DNA of 62,694 nt, counting the filler, from Phoronis australis (lineage: Eukaryota > Animalia > Phoronida), in the NCBI GenBank assembly GCA_002633005.1. It is 7 parts of 7 records of this genome, joined end to end, with 100 filler letters (N's around TTAATTAATTAA, not from the genome) between each part and the next. Parts side by side here need not be neighbours in the genome. Positions count along the whole stretch, not along the records: positions 7,206 to 35,180 come from NMRA01000675.1; 6 more parts are not named here. One strand, 5' to 3'. Both the position numbers and the translations under genes were made by a program. Within the stretch, counting starts at the first letter, position 1. Every line of letters begins with the position of its first letter. The notes beneath the pieces were generated by a model, which searched no databases, was not told the origin of the DNA, and saw nothing but the letters and a program-made list of their open reading frames with translations. Of this stretch, positions 11,201 to 23,200 are shown one piece after another.

Positions 11201-14200
11201 TGCCATTTCGGTCCATCTATTGTTCATGTGGGTCCAGTAGCATCGACCTCGTTGGAGAGAGACGCCTGTAAACAGACGAAGCGGAGTTATAACGTATTCA
11301 TGACATTCCACGACCTAGAGCGAAGAAACAAGGTCTTACCTTTCTTGAGTTGACTGATTACTACAGGATGTACATCTTTAACTTCGCTGCAATTTGTGTT
11401 CTGCTCACTGATGTTACAGAAAAGGAGTAACCCAACACCGTGCAGTGGGAAAATGTTCTGCAACACACGTTAGACACTCGTCAGAAGCAGCCGACAAGAG
11501 CACCCTTTATGCGATTACTCGAGTTCAAGAGACACTCCATCGTAAGAGATATATGTATAGGCTTGTTATAGGGCAGGAGATGGTAATTTTCCGTGGCTCG
11601 CTGTAGTAACAAATATTTGGTTCGGCAGCGGGTCTATGTAGTTGTAGTGATTTGCAAAGTACTTGTATGACAAATAACTAATCACTCATACTGATCACCA
11701 ACCCCTGTCTTACATTCAAAGGAGTAAATTAGACAATGGAGAATCACGAAACGAGACACATTCCTGCATAACTATGGGTTTTGTGTTGAAGCTAATAGTA
11801 GTTCAGGGAATATTGGTGCTGCCTACCTTATAAGATTGCACTATAAATTCATGATGCTTGAAAAAGGGTAATCAAAATTTAAGTCTTACTTTATTGCCAA
11901 AAATCTTCTCTTGGGAAACGGCTGATTTGTCAGAATAACTATTGAGTATATACTCCAGAAATAGGCAGTTGTATTTCTATCACTGTGTGGGATAAAACCA
12001 AGAATACCAACTTCTTTCCTAGAAACGTAGTTTCCGACAGTTCATTACTACTTTAAGACCCTGATCATGACGGCGAAATGACCTCATGACATCAAGGACA
12101 AAATAAAACACAATGATATATATAGATTATTACAGGGCGAAGTCGTTATCCCCCGTTATCTAGAGCCCGAGTGGATTTTGGAGAAATATCGGAGAATTAT
12201 TTTGGAGAATTATTATTGTAATTCTACAAAATCCACATACTGAACGAGAAACATTGCAATGAATCGATCTACCTTTTTCGACTCGCCTCGGCTTTGTAAC
12301 TACTTTCTATGTCAGAGGCCCGGGTTCGGAGGTCGTGACCTTTTAAGAAAAGCCGAGCTATTTTTGTCAAATAATGCTTATATAAAATTTAAACAAAATA
12401 GAAATAAAGTGAATATATAAATTAAGGTTTAGCAACTATTATAGCTTACAACACATTTTATCACGCTAAGCTTCGACCGGGAAAATATCGTCTGCTAAAG
12501 TAGGTTACCACTAGTAACTGACTATAATGCTCAAGTCAAAGGATCCGACGACACGATACCCGCATTCAAATTGGAGATAGGTGATTTACAAGTGAGAGAA
12601 CACGAGAGAAAAATTTCACTGAATTAAAATATCGTTTTTATGGAAATTTTGCGTCTTATTTTTCATAGCGTATAAATATCGAAGCAATGTCCTTTGCTGA
12701 ACATGCGATTGTTGCGCGTGCTCATTTAAGTACTCTATTTTCACGTTCGATGACGTCCCTCAGTCGCTGAGTGGTGTAGTGGTAAAGTCGGCGACTTGAA
12801 ACTCTTGAGGCCCGGGTTCAAATCCGGCCTCGGTTTCCCGCCAAAATGTTATCTCACTAGTGAGATAACTTTATGGTTTATTACACGGTTGTATCTGTCA
12901 CTCGAGGCTAATATTGTGGTATAAATGATTATACAAAATCGTGTTATTTCGTTAGCCATTGGTTATGCAAAATATTTTTATAGTTTAGGCTGCCGTTTTA
13001 GAAATTGGTGTAGTGAAGTAATAGTACATAGGAGACCACGCAATAGAAGATTCTAGAAAAAGATCTTGCAAGGGGAAAGGTTAACGTACGGGATGTTCGG
13101 TGACTTAAGAGTTTAATTTTGTGTATTATGACTAACAGGATACTATCGATTCATTTAGCGTCACAAAAGATTGCGATTATTAAGTGCATTGTCACAATAC
13201 AGTAGGAGATAACTATTGTTGATTCAAAGAGTGACCAATAGTTTATGTGCGTGTGTGAACTGCCCGTTCTTGAAATGACCAACGGGATCGTGGTTCAAGG
13301 AGCGTCGACTCAGAGTATTAAATAGCAGATTTTGGGATATAGCTAAAAGTATCTTTGTAGAGCGCGTTATTATAGTTACAGATCACTATCATTTGTATAC
13401 TTGGTTAATAGCATGACTCGCTCTAATTAATTAGGGTTGTTACGCAACAAATTACTACTGGGTTTCATCATTCCCTTTCGGTAAACGCGTAATCGAAATT
13501 ACTACTGCAAATTCCTAAACCCACAAAGTCTATTCGGACACGCAGATAGTGCAAGACGAGTTTTTTGTGCATCATCTCGAAATATTTGTTAATTTTTCAA
13601 AAGTGTATGCTTAAAAAGCATGCAATTGCAGAGGTGTGCACGATTCCTGCACCGACAAACCAGCAGTGGAAGATCACCGTTCAACGCAAAGGTGGCGTCT
13701 GGCAGGATCCTCCGAGTAATAATCGCATCAACGAAGGTGTCAAGGCAAGGTACACTTGTAACGCCGGTCATCACTGGGCCGACAAAACGGCACCGCAGGC
13801 CTCCAGAACTGTGCAAGAGGAAACGTGCAATGCAGGTGTGCTTCTCGAGGCCCCGGTGTGTGAGCGTAAGTACACAGAATCATTTAACTTACCGGGGCAA
13901 CAGGAAGACATAGTCACGTGCTTTGAAAATAGAGAAAACCAATAAGATCATTGTAAAATTGCATGATGTGGTCAAAATTATGAATGACGTCAGATGGAAA
14001 CCAATTTACGTGTTTTCCATAGGATTTTGTGTTTTGAATCCGCCAACTGGAAGCAACTACCGCGTTCAGCTCGACATAAGTGGCTCTCAGATAGATCTGA
14101 CTGGCGGACAGTCCTGGCGCGTGACGCAAACGGCCGCACTGACGACATCGTGTGATCTGACTTACCACTGGCTTGTAAATGGTGCTTCTAAAATGCAGCT

Positions 14201-17200
14201 GGTTAAAACGGGTTGCATCATGGAACCTCCATGTACTGGTGAGTTTTTTGTTAATTCATCGCTCACTACGTGTTACCCAACGCACAAACCAGCACCGCCG
14301 TCGTTCACGCTGGTTCTGATCAGTGACCTAGATAATTGGTTCTAATTATGTCATCTCAATGTAGGTCTACGCAATCTGGCCGAAGATCGTTGATGTCACA
14401 TTATGGTTGTGATAATATTCCTGAGGGTTGTCGTGATAAAACAGCTTGCCCAATAAAGATATACTAATGGTAGGGTTAGCATTGCCGGTCAGGTCCAAAA
14501 GCAGACATTAACCTGCATACATATCCCTCTACTTGGGGATTAGTTGGCTGTAGCTAGTGTCCGATATTTCCTTGCAGTGGAGGCCATTTTAAAGAGCAGT
14601 TTGTNNNNNNNNNNNNNNNNNNNNNNNNNNNNNNNNNNNNNNNNNNNNNNNNNNNNNNNNNNNNNNNNNNNNNNNNNNNNNNNNNNNNNNNNNNNNNNNN
14701 NNNNNNNNNNNNNNNNNNNNNNNNNNNNNNNNNNNNNNNNNNNNNNNNNNNNNNNNNNNNNNNNNNNNNNNNNNNNNNNNNNNNNNNNNNNNNNNNNNNN
14801 NNNNNNNNNNNNNNNNNNNNNNNNNNNNNNNNNNNNNNNNNNNNNNNNNNNNNNNNNNNNNNNNNNNNNNNNNNNNNNNNNNNNNNNNNNNNNNNNNNNN
14901 NNNNNNNNNNNNNNNNNNNNNNNNNNNNNNNNNNNNNNNNNNNNNNNNNNNNNNNNNNNNNNNNNNNNNNNNNNNNNNNNNNNNNNNNNNNNNNNNNNNN
15001 NNNNNNNNNNNNNNNNNNNNNNNNNNNNNNNNNNNNNNNNNNNNNNNNNNNNNNNNNNNNNNNNNNNNNNNNNNNNNNNNNNNNNNNNNNNNNNNNNNNN
15101 NNNNNNNNNNNNNNNNNNNNNNNNNNNNNNNNNNNNNNNNNNNNNNNNNNNNNNNNNNNNNNNNNNNNNNNNNNNNNNNNNNNNNNNNNNNNNNNNNNNN
15201 NNNNNNNNNNNNNNNNNNNNNNNNNNNNNNNNNNNNNNNNNNNNNNNNNNNNNNNNNNNNNNNNNNNNNNNNNNNNNNNNNNNNNNNNNNNNNNNNNNNN
15301 NNNNNNNNNNNNNNNNNNNNNNNNNNNNNNNNNNNNNNNNNNNNNNNNNNNNNNNNNNNNNNNNNNNNNNNNNNNNNNNNNNNNGAGAGAGAGAGGTCAG
15401 TAGCCTCAAAGATGGCTGAAGGCAGAAGTGGCGAGCTCTTAACATCCCTATCGTTTGGAGTTGGTCCACTTAAACAATGAATGCTTTCCACCAGCTGCGC
15501 AGATGATGTCGCTGTTCTGTGTACGTCAAGCAGGAATGTCAAAACTGACGCTAGTGAGACAGACCCAATGGGGCCGTTCCGGATTACACATGACGTTTTT
15601 TCAAGAAAATAATAAGAAACAACTAATTCAAAAGTGGAACATTTCAAAAGAATCCCTATAAGGAGGTTGGAGAAAAATGCATGAAGCAAACAGCAGCATC
15701 GGAACGTTTCTTATGAGTCCGATCACACATTTATGAGATATGATGTTTTGGAGTTGAACCAATTTGGTAGCGTAATCCTTCCTATTATCGTGCGTGTCCA
15801 TTGTAACTGGACGGGTGAGTGAGTCATGTTAACACCAATATTTTGAACTTATATCATTTTCAACGTATTTGGCAGTGTCACAATTTCCCTTTTCTTTCCA
15901 AGAACCTCTATGCTCAATTCTGTAAGATTTCGATGTTGTCGGTAAAAATTCTGATGCTTCCAAGGTCGGGTACGTTTTCATTAAGTCCGCCCCAGGGTTA
16001 GTATATGTACTGTTCACTATTCCCCGTGCAAGGAAAACACATTTCTTTAAATTATTTCAATTGAAACCCTAATACTATCACAATGGCAAATGATTGCTAT
16101 CACCGATGACCCCAGATTTGAGACACAGAAGTCAATTTCATAAATAGTCTGGAAGTTTCTGTGTGCCAGTAACCCCGCAATAGTCACTTACTGATAGCAT
16201 GGCTTAATTATGAAGCACTGTTTTCACCAATTACTCGCTCTAAGAGAAATCTTTGTTTTACATGTATTGTGGAGTCTTCTCAGAACGCAATGTTAACATT
16301 TAAACGTTGGCTTGTTTACCTTCTCCAACAGTGAGCCATGTGCGGACAGAGAAATCTGTTTTTTTATAAGTGGCAAAAGTAGCTTCTTCCAGCTAGTGAA
16401 GATAAGACATGTGAGACCGATTTGGGCCACTTATGTACATGTAAGCTCTTTCTATCAAACTAGAACTGTATGGTGAGTAAAGATGCCAAAAAAAAAACAC
16501 AAAAAAACAGACACATGGAGAATGTAATAACACTTGGTAAAAATCCAAGCGCGTTTTCCTCAAGAAATTGAGACGCCAGCTGACGGGCTGTCCTCTCAGA
16601 CAAACGCAGCTTAGGTATCTCAAACTAATTTCCTAATCCCTACTTGCAGTACAATACTGTCGTCTTGACCTCTCACCGAGCATGAATTACGAAGCATTTA
16701 ACGTGCAGACCAACTCACCTTATCCAGTTGGCACGAACATTTTGGAGGGAACGGAGGTGAAACTTAAGTGCATCCAGTGGTACGAATGGCCTGGATTCGT
16801 CGGCGACCGAATCGTGCAGTGCAAGCCAGACGGGAATTTGGCAACCGTAGAGGCGTGTTCTGGTAGGCATTCGTGTTAAAGGTTTAGCTCATCCAAAGTG
16901 GGGTAGAATTATAAAAGTAGTTTCCAATCATACGTTCCCTTTTTCCTTAACTGATGTGTAGTGGTTCGGAAGTCGCCTTAAAGTGCTTGTGTTTCAATTG
17001 TGAGAAAAATGTTAACCTGGGCGTAATACAGGTGATTTGTCGAGTCTCCCTATTGTTTATTTATGCTTCCATCACCCAAGTCTCTTCTTCTTACAGAATA
17101 TTGCCAAGTCAATTCTCCTGTTCGTGAAGCAGTTCACTGGATGGCTCGCTCCAACATCCAACTGACCCCTGGTAACACCTACAAAGTACCGATCACTCAG

Positions 17201-20200
17201 CGAGTCACCTTCTCATGCGACGCGTCATACCTTTGGCCTGATAAATCCAATCCTCGCGGGTCCACGCAGTCGCAGACGATAGTCTGTCAGCCAAATAATC
17301 ACCAACTAGCTTCTCCTCCGGCTTGCCAAGGTGAGCATTAGTCTAGTGGTTGCTTTCGTACGCTAATGAACTGCTTCTTGCTATTTTAGACCTACATCAG
17401 TGAAATCAGCGTTACTTTTTACTGCCCTAAAGGTAACAGTTTAAAGCATTTGGGAAAGGATGGAATGTGTTGCTGGGCTGCCTACTGGTGAAAACCGTCT
17501 CACGCTGAGCATTAATGACAAGGTCAAAACACAATCCTCTAAATGATTCAGTGAATGCTTGACCTAAGACGTAATATTTGTTCTATGGATCTTCAGAGTT
17601 CTGTTCGGTGTTCATTTCGAGCGAGAGCATGTACTCCGGCACATTTAAAGTCGATAACAAAGATTTCACGGTCAAGCCTGATGAATGGTGGAGAGTTGTC
17701 AAGACGTCTCAGCTCAGAATTGACTGTAACACCGGCTATCATTGGTTCACTAATGGGACGAGGTCGCTAACTAGCCAGGTTGTGAGGGAGTGCAAGCTTC
17801 CTGAAGAATGCACAGGTAACTCCCTTACGGATACAGTGCTTGTCTTATTAATGTGTTCAATGAATTTTATTGATATGTGGCGAGGCTATTCATGAACAAT
17901 TCGGTCGCGTAATTTCAAGTTCCACAAAAACTGGTGTGTCGGCATTAATTTAAATATGTTGACATCCATGCTTTTCACACATGAATTGTCTCAAAGTGTT
18001 TTAAACAGTGCTAAAACACTGAAAAATAATAGTATAGACTTGCACAATTCTTGCTTCAGTGGACTCGTGCACCGTGAATATCCCCGACGACCGGTTCTAC
18101 ACCGCCAGCAACAAGGCGACAGGACAGGCAGTTACGGCAGGGCTCAAGGTCAAACAAGGCACTACCATAACTTTTAAGTGTGTCGCTAGGCACGAGTGGC
18201 CTAAGAAGGTCACTGAGAGGGAATCAGTTTGTAAGGGAGACGGAACCATTGAGTATCCCGAAGAGTGCCAAGGTAAGGGTGGGCGTTTGTCGGATAGTCC
18301 TCGCATGACGGCACGCCAACAGGATGAGGCGATCGATTGCTATTATCGGAATTTTGAGCTGCGCTTCTTGTAGGTTTATTTCATGTAACTGGCCTCCGGC
18401 CCACCTTACAAATATATAATACATAGTGAGTACAAGATTTTTCAAATCTAAATTAATTCATATCAAGGAACTCATTTTTATATTTCTCCGCATTAATTAA
18501 ATATCTAGCAACTTTTCTCAGGACAGTTAAATCATGAGTCTGTAGAAAGATTCTACCTCGTCCACCTTATCGTAGCTTGGTAAGAACAGCACACGTAAAT
18601 CAGAATATAAATTACATTCGAGACGAAAGTGTAATTCTGTTTCCACTTTCCCACTGTCATAACAAACAGGTACATATTCTCTCATCTCTAACAAGTCCAC
18701 GGAACCTTTCCTGAACAATCAAGAATTCATCGAGCATCTGAATTTTGCGAGGGCTACTCTGTGAAAACTATTTTCTAGACAACTTATGTATTTTTGTACT
18801 ACAAAATTACTTTTAACTATTTTATAAACATCTAACGATTGAGAAAATATTGTCTCTCCAATCCTGGATGTCAATGTCAAAGCATCGTTGTTGGAATTCA
18901 CTAATAAAAGAGGCAGCATCGCCTACACCTTGTTGTATCCAAACAGTTCACTAATAAAAGAGGCAGCATCGCCTACACCTTCTTGTATCCAAACGATTCA
19001 CTAATAAAAGAGGCAGCATCGCCTACACCTTCTTGTATCCAAACAGTTCACTAATAAAAGAGGCAGCATCGCCTACACCTTCTTGTATCCAAACAATTCC
19101 GAAACCATAAGCAACACTTATTTTGCTAAGCCATTTCATGTTGCCCATTATAACACACAAAGTTATGTAAGACGCTAGAAAAATTTCAAACGTTAGCTAA
19201 ATTCCGATTACCATATCTCAGAAAAGTCTTATGGGATCCATATCATATTTTCAGACACTATGTTTTATGCACTGATCAAAACTCAAACAGAACTGTTTTA
19301 ATTTTTTTTTTGCATGGGGGACTATAAAATTAGGGCTTTTATGATTCCTCCTAAAAATCTCTAAAGCTGCACGAAACGTGAAGTAAGTGATATGAGAATA
19401 ACAGAGTTTTTGAGATCTCATCTTGAACATTTATTTCATATACAATTTGATCATGTCATTGAGATCGCTGTACCTTTATTTTATGCTAATTGTGTTAAGA
19501 GACCATGATCACATGACATCATTAAAGAGTTCCCATCATGCATTCTCTTAGTTTTTGAGGTTTCATATAGCTAATACGAAATGAGTACCATAAAATCCAA
19601 CTAAATAAGCACCTTCCATGCCAAATAGTCGTGATTTTTCACTTTTGGAGAAAAATTAGTTGTTTCAAGTTTCCCGCCAAATGATGCATTGGGTGGAAGA
19701 CGAGTGGTCACCTGACAATCAATTGCAGTGGCGGAACACAGCAGATCAGAAGATGAGAACGATTTTGAGCAAGAACTGAAAGGGGTGGTCGCTTAGAATG
19801 CAGGCAGTTTGTTTGTTATTTATAAAAATAGCAGATACTCTTACAAGGTGGCGATTCCTTCATCGTAACGCCACTTTTGAATTTGTGTTTGGTCGAAACA
19901 CGATTCCTTGAAATGTGCCGAACAATGTGTGACTCCCCACTGAATCGCATGTTCCACACGACATTCCACATTCTCGTGCGACGCACAAATCGAGGTCATT
20001 TTTGTGCAGCTTTTACGTATTTAGGAAATTTGAACGCAGAGATGTTCTCAGTCAAGTTGCTGTTACTACAGCCTCTAGAAACGCACCTTTTCATGTCTGA
20101 AAAAGGCGGTTGTCAGCGGACTTTCTTCACAACTCGTCAGTATCGCACTAGTACAAACAACAACGGCGGAGACGGTCTTCCACCCATTACGCAGAACCCC

Positions 20201-23200
20201 GATAACAGAAAAAATTATGTTTTTAAAATTTTTGGCTTGTTTCTTAGCAACAGGTATACTAAAGGTTATTAAATGTCGGAAGATGTATTAATAATTTTTT
20301 GAGATACAGGGTCATGGGGGGAACTCTTTAAGGGCAGATTATTAAAAAGTAACGTTACAGGCTTTCTACTTTCAGAAATTATATACTTTTTACTGAGCTA
20401 AAATCTGTAGCTTTGTACGAACGTGGAAAATACCCTGCCTTGTCACTAGGATCCTACATGCCCTTTAAAAATGTTTTCTATGATTATATAAGCGCTGTAG
20501 ACCTTTTCTTGCGTTTTGAAACTCAATGTTGACAACGGTAATGGAGTTGATGGTGCAGCGATGTCGTTTATATTTTTACCGTAATAATCTTAATTAAGGC
20601 GGTATTTTGCTTTGTTTTTCTGTTTAAAAAACGAAATCGTAATGTCCCTTAACGTAATAAAAGTCTGTGCAATTACCAACTCACGTCACAGGCAATGCGT
20701 TTGTGTTCCATCTTTAATTCGTAATTTTGGGGTTTGTCAAGCTTAGTGAACTCTGAAGCGTTTTTTTGAGTCGGTGATGATTCAATGTTCTAAATGGTGA
20801 CAAATATCGAATTCCATTACAATGAGGAATACTGTGAGACCGATGAGAGCAAAAGGTTACCATTCGATTTTAGTTTTCACCCTGATTAACACGGCGAAGC
20901 GCTGTTTTAAAATAAAATGTTCCTCATTTTATTGTTTGATGATTACGTCGAAGACCATGGACGTTGCGATTACATGCTCAACACTAGAGCAGTGGTAGCG
21001 GAATATGAAATAGAAGCAAGCCACATCATGTCTGTTACAGCTGGATGTGAACTGGATCTCAGTGGTGACAAGTTGAACTACAAAGCTTACACCTTTAAGG
21101 GAGATAAACAGTTCGATTACAGTGCGTGCCAGTGTCACCGCGTGGCTGAGAACACGCTGGTAAAGTTCAGATGTACGCGCGAATTCCACTGGCCGGACCG
21201 TCATGCGCCCAGGGGGTCGAGGACGGAGAAGAATTATATGTGCATCCAGAACTCGCTGGTGATTCCTCCTGCATGTGAACGTGCGTGAATACGTCATAAG
21301 CTTATCTATTTACTCTGTACTGGTAATACTTTTTAAAATGCACCTTTCAGTGAGCTCCGTATGTGAACAGTGAATGGTTATAAACTTTCGAGAATAGACG
21401 TGAGGTGCTTGGTCGTACCCGGTGCTCTAGTTTGCCGAAACCGGTACGTGCACGTGCTATGAAAATTCAGATGTAGTCACTTAAGAATTACTTTTAGGGG
21501 CGGATAAGACAAAACATTTGATATTTTGTTTTGACAAAATAAAGATCCGTCTAGCGTTTAATGTTAACTGCGGTAAACACGGACGTGCTAAAGACTGAAA
21601 AGATGTTTTAATGTGTTTTGTGAATTTGCTACATTTCCATTAAGTGATTTTTTATTCATTTTAGCTTTCTGCACCATCGTACCGCCTGTCGGATCGTCTT
21701 ATATAGTGACCGTAAGCATGTCCGGATACTCTCTGAAGTTGTGGCCGCCTGGTCTAACTTGGCAAGTTTCCGAGAAAAAGAAGCTCAAGTTCTACTGTCT
21801 TCCTGGATACAGCTGGAAAAATAATCCGCCTCACAACCGCACGAAAGAAGCGTGTAGCTTAGAACCACCTTGTGAAAGTATGGTCACGTTATCAACTCGT
21901 TAAAGAGAATTAATTTTAAAGCAACTAACCACTCTATAGACGGGTCGCGGTTTTCATAAAAAATTTTTAAAAATCGTACAAAAGTTTTCACTGGTATTTG
22001 CAACAAAATTCACCATATATAGCGATACAGAGCATTTTAAAGAATCGAATGGCATCCGGTCGAAAAAACCTACATGTACTTCGTATCTTTAAACTCGAAC
22101 TCTCCTTTAATATTGTCTGTTGAAGGTTTCAGGAGTAATGCCATCTTTGAACGTGATGTCTATAAGGTGCCGCAACAAAACATTTGAACTGACATTCTTA
22201 CAGGATGACACAACGTACGTGTTGATTCGAGGACTCTACACATGTATTTGTGCGGTGGTTGTAATGGCTGCAATAATTGGCATACCTGATTCTGCTCTGC
22301 CTACATAGCATTTCTCAACGTCGAGGGGCAGACTTTTAGCGTTGTACTGCCGATTTTACCCTCCAAGCTGGGTCTCAGTTTGGCCGCACCCCATGTCTGT
22401 CATGGCCATATTTCAGACCACCACGGTAACTAACTAATAGCCGCCGCAGCGGAAATATTCTTGGGCTGAGACTAGGACATCATTCTACACGAGGAAAGCT
22501 ACGAGTTTTGCACATGTCCGAATCCGTTATCGTAAACGTTTAATGACAGTTTTTACTTGCAGTGGAGAGCTGCTTCCTGACGATACCGCCCAGCCCCCGG
22601 TACAAGGCTAAGGATCGCAAGACAGGCCGGGTTCTCAGCAGTTGCGATCGTGTGCCCGTGGGAGGCTACGTGGACGTCGAGTGCAACGAGGGCTTTGAAT
22701 GGTCAGGGGGTTCAAAGCAAGCAGAATTGTTGTGTTCCTCAAACGGCTCACTCTCATTCCCCAAGCCATGCTCGCGTAAGTTTAGGACCGATTTATAACC
22801 GTAGCAATGTTGTGCGTTTTAAGCAGACCGCTTCGGAAATTCAAATAATTTTTGAGTCAGCGTGGCAAGTATTTGACCAGAGAAAAAATCGGCTGATCAC
22901 AGAACGCCTGCCTGAGTCATGGGACAACCACTCGACCACCCAATCATTATAATCTAGCTATAGTATAGAGGCGTTGATGTTGATCAATAGAGAACCAAAT
23001 AAACAAATAAACAAATAAACACCGAAAAATCAGGAACACCATCTGTGAATCGAAGCAGAGAGCCCCTAGATTGCGGCTCTAGTGCTCTTACCACTGAGCT
23101 ATTGAGGACCCTATATCTACCGTTGTGAAGTGGGAGACTAAGACTAAATGGTTCAAACATACACCAAACCAAAGTACGCTTCAAAGCATTTTCGTTTTCG

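Noticed and set aside
12766-12834. Functional tRNA gene (also 23033-23110)
   Set aside because: Cloverleaf arms are incompletely paired; better explained as SINE heads or pseudogenes. tRNAscan-SE would decide.
14540-15689. Long ORFs of 214-366 aa across 2370-2846, 14605-15384 and 53696-54348
   Set aside because: Open only because they run through N gaps; only the 2023-2369 part looks coding.
18897-19096. Regular 50-bp repeats as a possible CRISPR array
   Set aside because: Head-to-tail with no unique spacers, inside a LINE remnant, in eukaryotic DNA with no cas genes.
8068-22775. Dscam-style mutually exclusive exon clusters
   Set aside because: Like-class exons are interleaved (XYZXYZ), not grouped, which fits tandem cassette duplication; no docking/selector sequences were noticed.
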